Below, one piece after another: positions 1 through 12,670 of a stretch of 64,000 nucleotides of DNA. Each line of letters opens with the position of its first letter. Within the stretch, counting starts at the first letter, position 1. The translations under genes were made by a program, and so were the position numbers. This DNA is from Nitrospirota bacterium. Lineage in GTDB: Bacteria; Nitrospirota; UBA9217. The stretch lies in assembly GCA_963845065.1 (NCBI GenBank), contig CAWJQQ010000002.1, positions 320,001 through 384,000 of the forward strand, in the 5' to 3' direction. The notes beneath the pieces were generated by a model, which was not told the origin of the DNA, did not search any database, and worked only from the letters and a program-made list of their open reading frames with translations.

Positions 1-27
1 AAGTGCGTTGTTTGTTCAGCATTATGT

Positions 28-870
28 TTATTTGCATACGGTCCCTTCGGACAGTTCCTTCAGTGCAATCTCGTACTCTTCCTTCGACGGTGTAGTACCG
101 TGGAATTCGACCTTGCCTTCGAAGACTTTAGAACCCTTGCCTTTGATCGTACGGCAAACGATCATCGTCGGTTTACCCTTAACCGTTTCAGCTTTGTCGA
201 GTGCCGTCGTAAGCTTTGCCATGTCATGGCCGTCGACGTCGATGACTTCCCAGCCAAAGGCTCGCCATTTGTCCGTGATCGGCTCCACGCCCATCACCTT
301 GGAAACCGGTCCGTCTATCTGGAGACCATTGTTGTCCACGAGAGCACAGAGATTGTCGAGCTTATAATGAGCCGCTGTCATGGCCGCTTCCCAGATCTGC
401 CCTTCCTGAAGTTCACCGTCGCCGAGCAGGGCATAAACCCGGTTAGTCGTTTTGTCGAGCTTGTGCCCGAGCGCAATGCCGTTCGCTACAGACAAGCCCT
501 GGCCGAGTGATCCCGTTGAGATCTCGACGCCTGGAAGATACTTACTATCCGGATGGCCCTGGAGCCGCGAACCAAGTTTTCGCAGTGTGCAGAGTTCCGC
601 GTGTTCGATGAATCCCGCGTGCGCCAACACGGTATACAGGAGTGGCGCGGCATGGCCTTTTGAGAGGATGAAGTGATCGCGCCCCTTCCAGCCTGGGTTT
701 GTCGCATCATATTTCATTTTATAGAAATACAGCGCCGTTGCGATGTCGGCAGAGGACAGGCTGCCTCCTGTATGTCCAGAGCCACAGTCAGTTAGCATCT
801 TTAGGATGTCGACCCGGATCTTCCTAGCTTTTTCTTTCAATGTCTTCAGCTGATCTTCCGTGACCGCCAT
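28..870 (-). CDS. Transketolase, N-terminal (TPP-binding) subunit
   Basis: SGHTGGSLS, LSKGHAAP, STGSLGQG and GDGELQEG motifs of the split transketolase N subunit. Confidence 0.95.
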   Translation of the reverse strand: MAVTEDQLKTLKEKARKIRVDILKMLTDCGSGHTGGSLSSADIATALYFYKMKYDATNPGWKGRDHFILSKGHAAPLLYTVLAHAGFIEHAELCTLRKLGSRLQGHPDSKYLPGVEISTGSLGQGLSVANGIALGHKLDKTTNRVYALLGDGELQEGQIWEAAMTAAHYKLDNLCALVDNNGLQIDGPVSKVMGVEPITDKWRAFGWEVIDVDGHDMAKLTTALDKAETVKGKPTMIVCRTIKGKGSKVFEGKVEFHGTTPSKEEYEIALKELSEGTVCK

Positions 871-1136
871 GCGGCAATCCTCCCTTAAAAAGTATGTTAT
901 TTTTCATAGTTACGAACCCCGCTTCAAGACGTGGAGCAAACTGGCATATATTCGTTAAACGAATAAGTAATCACCGACGACTTCGTCCCACATTATTGAT
1001 GCAAAATTAAAGATTATGCACAGTGTTTCAAGACGTAAACGTATATCCTCGCATCCCGCAATACAGGACCGTGATTCATTGAAACATGGAAAACATGTGA
1101 ATGCGAATACTCACAAATGAAAAACTTTTCAAAAAT

Positions 1137-1592
1137 TCACTTCTTTTCTTTCTGCTCTTTTTCTTCCTGTGCGAGAAAATCCAGGATGATATCGTCGAGG
1201 CTCTTTTCCTTCATATCTTCCCTAACCTCTGTAGATTCTGCGGCTTTGGGAACGGGCGTTTCCTTCGCTGATACGGCCTTCGGCGCGGGAGCTTCCTTCG
1301 GGGTCTCTGCAGGGTGATAGGTTGCCTCATGAGGGGCGTTGCCGAGGTCCAGTTTGCCCTGCATTAGGTCGCGGATCATCTGCTTATGCTGCTCCATCAT
1401 CAGTTCGCGCACTACCTCATCAAGACAGTCTGCTTTGAGGATATCGGCATAACTAGTCTTGCGCGAGGCTAGGATCGCGCCCTGATGGTAAAGGAGAGAG
1501 GTTATGTACGGGCTGCTCGTACCGCCGTCTTCAGTCTGGCAATGAAACACTTTGCCCTTGAATTTGAAGTCGGTATTGTAGCCGGTAAGCAT
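1137..1592 (-). CDS. Hypothetical protein
   Basis: 151-aa ORF with a globular N-terminus (GYNTDF..FHCQTED), a Pro/Ala/Lys linker and an acidic SLDDIILDFL tail. Confidence 0.75.
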   Translation of the reverse strand: MLTGYNTDFKFKGKVFHCQTEDGGTSSPYITSLLYHQGAILASRKTSYADILKADCLDEVVRELMMEQHKQMIRDLMQGKLDLGNAPHEATYHPAETPKEAPAPKAVSAKETPVPKAAESTEVREDMKEKSLDDIILDFLAQEEKEQKEKK

Positions 1593-1639
1593 AGATTATT
1601 ATTATACAAACCAAAGCAGGAAGATGCAAGCCTTTTTAC

Positions 1640-1668
1640 TTGACAGGTAAAGGACGTTAGTGTAATTT
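1640..1668 (+). promoter_or_regulatory. Sigma70-type promoter of tRNA-Leu
   Basis: TTGACA-N17-TAATTT, 9 bp upstream of the tRNA. Confidence 0.7.
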
Positions 1669-1677
1669 TGACTCCGT

Positions 1678-1764
1678 GCCGGCGTGGTGAAACTGGTAGA
1701 CGCAGAGGACTCAAAATCCTCCGGGGGCAACTCCATGTCGGTTCGATTCCGACCGCCGGCACCA
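1678..1764 (+). tRNA. tRNA-Leu(CAA)
   Basis: GCCGGCG/CGCCGGC acceptor stem, GAGGA-CTCAAAA-TCCTC anticodon arm, long variable arm, GGTTCGATTCC T arm, encoded CCA. Confidence 0.97.
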
Positions 1765-2013
1765 ATTCAAAAAACTTCGATATATGTGTTTCTTTGAGCT
1801 GCGGGAAGAAACCGAACAAGCGGGGATGGGAGAATGACTGCCCTATGCTTCAGGGAAGCCCCCCGAGGGGGAGGCCCCCCTGGGGAAGCAAGTGCATGAG
1901 TTTTCGACAGCACGCACCATTCTGATAAACTTGATTAATTAATGCCTGTAGCATCTCTTCCTAAAATTATTCTGGGACACAACTCAGCATGGTTTCCATA
2001 AAATATCACCGAT

Positions 2014-2739
2014 ATGTCTAAGAGCATTCAGGAGCGATCTCCTGATTATCTTTATGAGAGAAAAAAAAATGATCACGTGTTATCGTATCATGCGAGATTC
2101 CTCGGTATGAATTGGAAAAAGACCAGTACCAATTTTTTACTGGTTGTAGCCCTCATTGCGGTGAGTTATGCTGTTCTGGATAGGCATGTAGCCCTCTTCA
2201 TTAAGAATCTGTGGCTGTTCAACACTCGCTTCTCTTTCTTCTCAACAGATATTCCCGATTTTTTACCCCTGTTGGTTGTCATTACTACAGGCACTGCATG
2301 GATAGCCTTCTTCTACCTTACTCGAAAACACATTTACAATACCCATACACGATTCTTTCAGTTGATTGCCATTACTGTGCCTCTTGTCAATGTGGTCAAG
2401 ACGATTGTAAAATTTGCCTTCGGCAGGATCAATACAAGGTTCTGGCTGCTGCATCCCCATGCCAAGGAATTCCACTGGTTTCATGGTTCTGCAAAATTTT
2501 GTGGTTTCCCTTCAGGCCACATGGCTGTGTTTACTGTTCTTTTTATCGCCCTTTCGATTTTTTATCCACGCTACCAGGTCTTTTATATTACGTGTCTGAT
2601 TCTTCTGGCACTTGCCCTCATTCTGACAAATTACCATTTCCTCAGTGATATTATTGCCGGGGCTTATGTGGGTTTCATAGTCCATTCGGTGACTTATTAC
2701 TGCCTGACGTTTCAGCGCGCGCCAAAGGATGAGGGTTGA
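2014..2739 (+). CDS. PAP2-family membrane phosphatase
   Basis: KxxFGR, FPSGH and HFLSDIIAG motifs plus TM helices; start may be 2108. Confidence 0.9.
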   Translation: MSKSIQERSPDYLYERKKNDHVLSYHARFLGMNWKKTSTNFLLVVALIAVSYAVLDRHVALFIKNLWLFNTRFSFFSTDIPDFLPLLVVITTGTAWIAFFYLTRKHIYNTHTRFFQLIAITVPLVNVVKTIVKFAFGRINTRFWLLHPHAKEFHWFHGSAKFCGFPSGHMAVFTVLFIALSIFYPRYQVFYITCLILLALALILTNYHFLSDIIAGAYVGFIVHSVTYYCLTFQRAPKDEG

Positions 2740-2858
2740 TAACCGCTCAAATATTAATTGTATAATATAGTTTTATGTGATCTAATATTATTATGAAGTT
2801 AAGCGTATGGGCGAAGCAGCAAGGGATAACTTATCAGGCTTCATGGAAATCGTGGAAA

Positions 2859-3299
2859 TCAGGTGAGCTGCCAGCGCTGTTTTGGGGATAAAAGATGCAG
2901 CCGAGCATCACAGAATAATCCAAAAAGAGCTTTTCGCATCATCGATCTGCCGTGCCGCCTTCGTCTCACGTTATACGGTCGTTGCTGTCCAGTAAGTGTT
3001 ATGAGATGAGAGATCAGCAATCCCCCTATCCCCTTGCCCCGACAAGCAGCGCGCACATAGGCATGGCGGATGAGCGAAACATCCTGCACATGCTGTATGC
3101 CCATAACTCCGACGAGCTTACGATCTTCCTCATAGCCCCAGAACACGACACCCGCATCCAACTCTAGCAGGAGTTGGTCGAGAGACATATATGGCTCATG
3201 CCAGCAGTCCTCTGGGATATGGCCTTTATAGGCCCTTGCCGCATCGTTGATAATGGTGTACAGGGAGTTAACATCGTCCTGTGTGCACAATCGGATCAT
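2859..3299 (-). pseudogene. GNAT acetyltransferase, probably 3'-truncated
   Basis: MIRLC...HAYVR..RGKGIGG motif A is present; after LITLTG (~2990) the sequence becomes non-GNAT-like and lacks the usual C-terminal A..FY...GF motif. Confidence 0.65.
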
Positions 3300-3511
3300 T
3301 GGGGCTCCTGATATTCCAGAATTGTCGTAGAGTATATCAGCTCCTAAAAAAAATTGAAATACTGCTTTACGGCAGTGCAATATATATCCCCTCGACAAAC
3401 AACGAGGAATGTCTTATTATTATTTCCCATGGACTATTCTTGCGCTATTGAAATTATGCGTGGATCGTGTTGAATGAGCCCGACAAAACTTAAAGGAGAT
3501 TGAAAGTATTG

Positions 3512-4543
3512 ATGAAACTGCACTTTAACAGACAGAACGGCCCCGTGGATGCAGCCATCGACAACCTCATCGCTCTGGCGGAAGGCATACAGCGTCCTGA
3601 ATACATCCGCGAAATGATCCTTGCCGCGCTCAAGGCTGGCCAGGAAGACGACGAGAGCGCGGATCTCAAGCTTATGAACACCACGCTCAAGGAGATGCGG
3701 TTCACGTCCAAGGTCTTCGGTCCCTACCGCAATAAGCGCAAAGTCACAGTATTCGGCTCTGCACGCACCCAGCCTGACGAGCCGATCTACGAACTGGCAA
3801 CACAGTTCGGACAGAAGCTGGCCGAGGCAGGTTATATGGTAATCACCGGTGGTGGTGGCGGTATCATGCAGGCCGTAAACGAAGGCGCTGGGCCGGAGCA
3901 TTCCTTCGGCGTGAACATCCGCCTACCGTTCGAACAGAAGCCTAACCCGGTGCTTGAGGGCAACCCACGGCTCATCACGTATAAGTACTTCTTTAACCGG
4001 AAAGTCGCTTTTCTCAAGGAAGCCGACGCCGTAGCGCTTTTCCCCGGCGGGTTCGGCACCCTTGACGAGGCCATGGAAACACTTACGCTTGTTCAAACGG
4101 GAAAGCGCAACCCTCTGCCACTCATACTCGTGGACGATCCTACCCGCTCCTACTGGACCGAATTCATCAAATTCATGGATGAAGGGTTGTTACAGCGCAA
4201 CTACATCTGCAAAACCGATCTCGCTCTCTTCGAGCGCGTCGACTCAATAGAGACAGCTGTGGCAAAAATCAATCGTTTCTACAGCCGCTACCACAGCATG
4301 CGATATGTAAACGGGCAGCTCGTATTCCGGATCACTTCACCGCTCAGCGAAGGAAACATCCGCTTGTTAAAGGAACATTTTGACGACATTTTACTGCCAC
4401 AAGGCGATATCGTGCAATCGGGTGCGCTCCCGGAAGAGCTAGATGACGCAGACGTAATAACCATGACGAGGCTCGTCATCGATTTCAACCGCAAGGACTT
4501 CGGCAGGTTGCGGAACCTCATTGATGCGGTCAATGATTTCTGA
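3512..4543 (+). CDS. LOG-family (TIGR00730-like) Rossmann-fold nucleotide-binding protein
   Basis: VTVFGSAR, ITGGGGGIM and PGGFGTLDE motifs. Confidence 0.9.
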   Translation: MKLHFNRQNGPVDAAIDNLIALAEGIQRPEYIREMILAALKAGQEDDESADLKLMNTTLKEMRFTSKVFGPYRNKRKVTVFGSARTQPDEPIYELATQFGQKLAEAGYMVITGGGGGIMQAVNEGAGPEHSFGVNIRLPFEQKPNPVLEGNPRLITYKYFFNRKVAFLKEADAVALFPGGFGTLDEAMETLTLVQTGKRNPLPLILVDDPTRSYWTEFIKFMDEGLLQRNYICKTDLALFERVDSIETAVAKINRFYSRYHSMRYVNGQLVFRITSPLSEGNIRLLKEHFDDILLPQGDIVQSGALPEELDDADVITMTRLVIDFNRKDFGRLRNLIDAVNDF

Positions 4544-4759
4544 AAAATAATTGTACATTAGTCTGAAGCTGAGATGGTGGACCATTCATAATTTCTGCTA
4601 CTTAGGGATTAATTATGACTCTCCTTGCTTGACATTCTTTCATCAAATGATAAGCTTTCTTCATGCAGCCTCGATCTCGAGGCCGCCTTGTCCTATCCGC
4701 ACAATAAATCCATTGTTATCGTTGCAATAATAATTCATCTTATCTCCGGGAGGTGTTTT

Positions 4760-5212
4760 ATGATCAGTCTCGAAATAAACGGTAATAAATATGAGGTTGA
4801 TGTGGCTTCGGACGTGCCTCTGCTGTGGGTTATCCGGGAACGGCTCCAGCTCACGGGTACCAAGTTCGGCTGCGGCATCGGCATGTGCGGATCTTGCACC
4901 GTTCATATCAACGGGCAAGCGGAACGCTCGTGCCAGACGCCAGTGGGGAGCGCGCAGGGCAAGAAGATCACCACCATCGAAGGGCTTCCGGAAAGCCATC
5001 CGGTAAAACAGGCCTGGATCAAAGAGCAGGTCCCCCAGTGCGGCTATTGTCAGCCCGGTCAAATCATGCAGGCGGCCTCGCTTCTAGCCGAAGATCCGCA
5101 TCCCAGCGAGGCAAAGATCATCGATCACATGAACGGCAACCTTTGCCGTTGCGGCACCTACCCGAAGATCAAGAGCGCCATCCGCCTTGCTTCAGCAGGA
5201 GGGGAAAAATGA
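4760..5212 (+). CDS. 2Fe-2S subunit of isoquinoline/aldehyde oxidoreductase (IorA-like)
   Basis: GTKFGCGIGMCGSC, QCGYCQPG and NLCRCGTY; GGAGG RBS before ATG 4760. Confidence 0.92.
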   Translation: MISLEINGNKYEVDVASDVPLLWVIRERLQLTGTKFGCGIGMCGSCTVHINGQAERSCQTPVGSAQGKKITTIEGLPESHPVKQAWIKEQVPQCGYCQPGQIMQAASLLAEDPHPSEAKIIDHMNGNLCRCGTYPKIKSAIRLASAGGEK

Positions 5213-7374
5213 AGCCCAACCTCACCCGAAGACAGTTTCTGAAAATTACCGGCTCGGGCCTTGCCATTGCCGTTGCCACGACCTCCACCGGGTTCCGGTT
5301 GCTCTCAGCTGCTGAACTTGAGAAGCCCGGCACCCCTTTCCAGCCGAATGTCTGGCTTGAAGTGCTGCCTGATAATACGGTCATCGTGACTGTGAATAAA
5401 TCCGAGATGGGCCAGGGCGTGTATACGTCGCTGCCCATGATCGTGGCCGACGAACTGGACGCAGACTGGAAAAACATCCGCATGAAGGTTGCGCCTGCCA
5501 GAGATGCGTTCAAGGACCCGGCATGGGGCACCCAGGCAACGGGAGGAAGTTCCAGCATCCGCCACATGCTTGAACTGCTGAGGAAGGCCGGTGCGGCGGC
5601 ACGCGAGATGCTTCTTATTGCAGCGGCGCGCAAATGGGAAGTAGCAGTCAAGGAGTGCGCTGTTGATCTGGGGAAGGTGCGGCATATCAAGAGCAATCGC
5701 ATGCTTACCTACGGCCAGCTAACGAAGGAAGCGGCAAATCTGGAAGTTCCGCAAAACCCCATACTCAAAAAAGAGTCCCAGTTCCGGTACCTGGGTAAAG
5801 AAATGCCGCGTCTGGACATATATGCCAAGGTGAATGGCATTGCGCAATTCGGAATCGACTCCTTTGTGCCCGGCATGCTTTACGCAGCCATTGCGAGACC
5901 GCCTGCTTACGGTGCAGAGCTCGTTTCCTACAAAAAGGAAGCGGCCCAAGCTGTGTCCGGCGTCCATGCCGTTGTGCCGATTCATAGCGGGATGGCGGTC
6001 TGCGCTGACACGATTGATGCTGCATGGAAGGGCCGTGACGCATTGAAACCGGATTGGCAAAACGCTAAGTATCCCCAACTAAGCACGGAATCTCTGACAA
6101 AAGAATTCGTTGGCCGGTTCGAGACGCAAGGAATCATGGCTCGGAATGACGGAGATGTGAGCAAGGCGTTCACATCGGCGTCTCAAAAAATTGAGTCCAT
6201 TTACCTCCTACCCTATCTGTCACACGCGACCATGGAACCGATGAATTGCACGGTGCACGTCCGCGGCGACTCATGCGACATCTGGGCGCCGACGCAAAAC
6301 CAGTCAGGTGTACTTGCGATGGCGGCTCAGATCACGGGATTAAAGCCGGAGCAGATCCAAGTACACACGACGTTTCTCGGAGGCGGCTTCGGAAGGCGTT
6401 TTGAACGGGACTTTGTAGAAGAGGCGCTGATGTTATCCATCTCAACGGGAAAGCCGGTGAAGCTCGTCTGGAAACGAGAAGAGGACATCCAGAACGATTT
6501 TTATCGCCCCATGAACGCAACTAGGATCCAGGCCTCGCTCGATGCTGATGGTAACGTTACCGCCTGGTCGCACAAGATCGTCTGTCCATCTATTTTTGCC
6601 CGCGTGTTCCCGCAGATGATGAAGAACGGCATCGACAGCGCGGCGGTGGAAGGCGTTGAGAACATGGAATACGAAGTTCCGAACTTGGCAGTCGAGTATG
6701 TTCGATTTGACTCAGCCGTACCTGTCGGGTTCTGGCGTTCCGTGGGAAGTTCTCATAATGCGTTCACGGTCGAGAGCTTCGTGGACGAGCTTGCCTTTGC
6801 AGCGAAAAAGGACCCCCTTGAATTTCGGCTCGGACTGCTGAAAAATCATCCGCGCGCACGGAAGGTACTCGAGGTCGCTGCGGAAAAAGCCGGCTGGGGC
6901 AAGCCACTCACACAAGGGCGGGCGCGCGGTATTGCATATCACATGTCCTTTGGAAGCTATGTGGCCGAAGTGGCAGAAGTCTCAGTCGATAAAAACAGCG
7001 GGACAATCAAAGTTCACAAGGCAACCTGCGCAGTAGACTGCGGTCCGACCGTGAACCCGGCCATCATCACAGCCCAAATGATGGGCGGTCTCACCATGGG
7101 CCTCTCTGCCGCGCTCAAGGAAAAGATTGAGATCGCCAACGGCGGGATCAAATCCGAGAACTTCAGCGATTACGAGCTGCTGCGCATGAACGAGGCGCCT
7201 GACGTGGACGTTCATATTGTAAAAAGCAACGAAATGGTCGGCGGCATCGGAGAGCCCGGCGTGCCGCCCATTGCGCCTGCAGTGGCAAACGCAGTATTCC
7301 AGGCTACTGGCGCTCGGGTGCGACAGCTGCCGATGAAGCCGGAAACGGTTATGGCGGCGATCAGCACTACTTAA
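5209..7374 (+). CDS. Xanthine dehydrogenase-family molybdopterin-binding subunit (IorB-like), Tat-exported
   Basis: ATGA overlap with upstream gene; TRRQFLK twin-arginine signal; SEMGQG, GGGFGRR and GGIGEPG motifs. Confidence 0.92.
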   Translation: MKPNLTRRQFLKITGSGLAIAVATTSTGFRLLSAAELEKPGTPFQPNVWLEVLPDNTVIVTVNKSEMGQGVYTSLPMIVADELDADWKNIRMKVAPARDAFKDPAWGTQATGGSSSIRHMLELLRKAGAAAREMLLIAAARKWEVAVKECAVDLGKVRHIKSNRMLTYGQLTKEAANLEVPQNPILKKESQFRYLGKEMPRLDIYAKVNGIAQFGIDSFVPGMLYAAIARPPAYGAELVSYKKEAAQAVSGVHAVVPIHSGMAVCADTIDAAWKGRDALKPDWQNAKYPQLSTESLTKEFVGRFETQGIMARNDGDVSKAFTSASQKIESIYLLPYLSHATMEPMNCTVHVRGDSCDIWAPTQNQSGVLAMAAQITGLKPEQIQVHTTFLGGGFGRRFERDFVEEALMLSISTGKPVKLVWKREEDIQNDFYRPMNATRIQASLDADGNVTAWSHKIVCPSIFARVFPQMMKNGIDSAAVEGVENMEYEVPNLAVEYVRFDSAVPVGFWRSVGSSHNAFTVESFVDELAFAAKKDPLEFRLGLLKNHPRARKVLEVAAEKAGWGKPLTQGRARGIAYHMSFGSYVAEVAEVSVDKNSGTIKVHKATCAVDCGPTVNPAIITAQMMGGLTMGLSAALKEKIEIANGGIKSENFSDYELLRMNEAPDVDVHIVKSNEMVGGIGEPGVPPIAPAVANAVFQATGARVRQLPMKPETVMAAISTT

Positions 7375-7387
7375 AACGACAGTACCC

Positions 7388-9050
7388 TGACCACTCCCCA
7401 TGTCTAAAGCCAGGGGGTTCTAGCGGCTGTACCGACAGGCTCTCCGGCAACAATACGAACGTTGTCGGCCTCGACTGTCGTTGATCCGCCTTTAACGGAC
7501 GAGCAGCTCTGTCTCCGGTTCGTGGTGTTCTCTTGCTTGATACCGAAGCTGGTTGGATGAATTCGACCCTTTGCCGCTTCATGCTGCACCCCCAATACCG
7601 CCCGTTCCAGGAGCAGGTTTGCACCCGGCCAGGCTTTGGCAGCCTGACGCGTGTCGAGGACATCGTTAGAAACATACTTTGCAAGGAATGCGGAATAGAG
7701 ATCACGCTGGGTGCTTACCCCGCAGTTGCAGGCATGCCATCTTTGGGACAATGATTTTTTGGCTACTGTTCCGCAATGGCATGTATGGGAAAGCTTTGTG
7801 CTCCGGGTAGAAAACTCGGTTACTTTACCGCCAGCGTTTTCGGCTTTGTGGTGAAGCATCGACATAAACATCCCCGGAGCTCGTCGCGAAATACTTTTAC
7901 CATAGAGTTTCTGAAATGCTTTGTACGACAGTTTCTCGGTTTTGATGTCGGTACCGAGAGTGAGGACTTTGTTCACGAGCTTGCCATGAGACCGTTTTCT
8001 GGTTTCAGCAAGGATCCTTTGAAGTTCGGCGAGCTTAGCTTTAAGAATACGGTATTGAGCAGAAAAGACCCACTGCTTTTTACCCGTTTTGATGGTTTTG
8101 TCTCCGTTGTAGTTGCCCGGGTTGGTAGCACGAAGGCTTCTGGCCATTGTGCGCTGGACGGTCTTGATACGTTTAAACGGTATCTCGACTTCAGGGCAGA
8201 ATTCGAGTAGTAACGCATCGGTATCACCAACGATGGCAACTGTCGACGGGCCAATGTCAAGGCCGACAGTTTCGGTGCCAATCTGGTTCTCACGCTTGAT
8301 CTTGGCCGTGCCTTTAAGCACAAGTTGGGCAAACCAGCGGGGATTGCCGCGGATAGTTTTCTTGACCAGACGAACGTACTTGACATCATGGCTAAGTGCA
8401 TGAGCCTGAACACCAAACTTGTCTTTCTTGTCGAAGACACAGCTGAGACGAAGGCCAGTCCACTCCACATGGTTATCGCACCACCGAATACCGGATTTGT
8501 TGTTTTTACCTTCAAGGGACGACATCCAGCCATGGCGCTTGAAACGTGGTTTGCCATGCTTCCCAAACTCGTAGTCAGCGACGGCGCTATATGCTCGAGA
8601 TGCTATCTTCTGGGCGGTCAGGCTGTCAATATGCTCACTGATCCAGCAGGAATTGCGGAGGATACCGACGTAGTTATGAAGGTGGTATTCAGTATATTCA
8701 GCCTGGGTTCTGGCTGTCTTGAACATCTTGATGCGAAGCTTGCTTTTCTTCTTCGTGATCGCCACGAGCCATTTTTCTGATCGCCGCATGGCAGTAAGAC
8801 GCTTCATCGCTTCACCAAGGCAGGCATTGTACAGATAACGGCCAGCTTCGAGCCGGGCATCGAGCATTCGATTGTCCTTTGGAGTCACTACGAGTTGAAA
8901 CTCGTGGATACAAGATGGAGTTTTAGGTTTATTCGGCATTGGTTGTTTGAATATACCACATAGATGTACATTTGTCTACTAATTGCCGGAAAACAAACTT
9001 CCCGCATTCATCCCCATGGTTAAAACCAGGGGCTTTCTGCGGATAGTTTG
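7388..9050 (-). mobile_element. IS200/IS605-family tnpB-only (IS1341-like) element
   Basis: Related subterminal hairpins at both ends (minus strand LE: TTTAC|CAAACTATCCGCAGAAAGCCCCTGGTTTTAACCATGGGGATGAA; RE: CCCCCTGGCTTTAGACATGGGGAGTGGTCA); inserted between the iorB-like and mocA-like genes. Confidence 0.85.
7404..8939 (-). CDS. tnpB: RNA-guided endonuclease TnpB
   Basis: RYLYNACL, GKPRFK, RuvC-I GLDIG, RuvC-II TEKL, Zn finger CHC...CNC, RuvC-III QRDLYSA. Confidence 0.9.
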   Translation of the reverse strand: MPNKPKTPSCIHEFQLVVTPKDNRMLDARLEAGRYLYNACLGEAMKRLTAMRRSEKWLVAITKKKSKLRIKMFKTARTQAEYTEYHLHNYVGILRNSCWISEHIDSLTAQKIASRAYSAVADYEFGKHGKPRFKRHGWMSSLEGKNNKSGIRWCDNHVEWTGLRLSCVFDKKDKFGVQAHALSHDVKYVRLVKKTIRGNPRWFAQLVLKGTAKIKRENQIGTETVGLDIGPSTVAIVGDTDALLLEFCPEVEIPFKRIKTVQRTMARSLRATNPGNYNGDKTIKTGKKQWVFSAQYRILKAKLAELQRILAETRKRSHGKLVNKVLTLGTDIKTEKLSYKAFQKLYGKSISRRAPGMFMSMLHHKAENAGGKVTEFSTRSTKLSHTCHCGTVAKKSLSQRWHACNCGVSTQRDLYSAFLAKYVSNDVLDTRQAAKAWPGANLLLERAVLGVQHEAAKGRIHPTSFGIKQENTTNRRQSCSSVKGGSTTVEADNVRIVAGEPVGTAARTPWL

Positions 9051-9069
9051 GTAAAACAACGGAGGGCAA

Positions 9070-9669
9070 ATGGGACTAAGCGTATCGGCGCTGCTTCTCG
9101 CAGCAGGCTCATCCAGCAGGATGGGACAGACCAAACAGCTTCTCCTGCTCGATGAAAAGCCGGTCATCAAACACTGTATTGACGCGCTCCTGGCCGCCCG
9201 TATTGCTGATATAGTGGTTGTGGTAAACGAAGAATACAACGGGATCGTGGACACGCTTCAAGGCCTTCCCCTTTCAATTGCCGTAAACACCTCACATAAC
9301 AGTGATATGGCGGAGTCGGTCAAGGCCGGACTGACAGCACTCAGCCATTCAGCATCCGGCATACTCATTTGCCTGTCAGACCATCCCCTCGTGAGGCCAG
9401 AGACAATAGAAGCGTTAATTACCGAACACGTGAACCTGCCGGACAAAATCGTTATTCCCTGTTATAACGGACACAGGGGTCATCCCAGCCTTTTCCCGAA
9501 AAGTATCTTGCAAGACCTGCGAAGCGGTGGCACACTCCGGGACATAATCAGGAGAGAACCGCACAGGGTCGTATTGATCGATACCGGCGATGAAGGTGTC
9601 GTGCTCGACATGGATACACCTGAGGAGTTTCAACATATCGTGGGGAAAATGAGGAAAAAGCATACTTGA
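9070..9669 (+). CDS. Molybdenum cofactor cytidylyltransferase-like nucleotidyltransferase (MocA family)
   Basis: LLAAGSSSRMGQTKQLL, GHP and DMDTPEE motifs; context next to an XDH-family enzyme. Confidence 0.88.
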   Translation: MGLSVSALLLAAGSSSRMGQTKQLLLLDEKPVIKHCIDALLAARIADIVVVVNEEYNGIVDTLQGLPLSIAVNTSHNSDMAESVKAGLTALSHSASGILICLSDHPLVRPETIEALITEHVNLPDKIVIPCYNGHRGHPSLFPKSILQDLRSGGTLRDIIRREPHRVVLIDTGDEGVVLDMDTPEEFQHIVGKMRKKHT

Positions 9670-10059
9670 TCCAACAAGGCTGTCACCTCTTCCCTTTTTG
9701 ACCTAAGCCGGTGCTCGCCGCAATCTATCTGCTTTCCTGCTGACGATATCATCTTCCCTGCAAAGGATGTCGAGGCTGTAATAACATCAAATAACCGGTT
9801 AAGTGCTAACATTACGATTTAATGCAACTATCCGTTCATGACAGCAGCTCTTTCATTGTTCAGTATTGTGCGAAGTGCCAAAGGTTTAAACACCTCCGGA
9901 ATAATAAGGAATTTCTCCTGCAAATAGTTATCCTATGCAGGCAATCCAGCAGACTGGACAGCTGGAACCAACGTTTCTGCCTAAAATCTATTGACAATAA
10001 ATCAGCCGCTATGATATAAAGAAAGTCTTTTGAGATATATTCTTGGCCCGATTGGGAAA

Positions 10060-10106
10060 TTGACTCACTCCCACCGCTAAAGCATGTGGAGTCTCCCGTT
10101 ACCTAA
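10060..10106 (-). repeat. IS200/IS605-derived mini-element, TTAG family
   Basis: Minus strand TTAG|GTAACGGGAGACTCCACATGCTTTAGCGGTGGGAGTGAGTCAA; similar to 34459-34509 and 51132-51180. Confidence 0.65.
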
Positions 10107-10118
10107 GGAAAACATGAA

Positions 10119-12555
<2,437 letters not shown>

Positions 12556-12670
12556 AAACATCAAACGCGGTACCAGGGGATTTAAGCCCGGATTAAATCC
12601 GATATTATCTTGGAGTAAAATCCACCTGGATCCGTATCAACTCAGCTTGCATCTTTGTCGGAGAATGTTC

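Noticed and set aside
2820..2980. Integron attC site at the GNAT truncation
   Set aside because: Only imperfect core sites (GTATAAC/GTTATCC), no convincing L boxes and no integrase.
4825..5208. N-terminal extension of the 849-aa ORF
   Set aside because: It overlaps the 2Fe-2S gene; the real start is ATG 5209 with the Tat signal.
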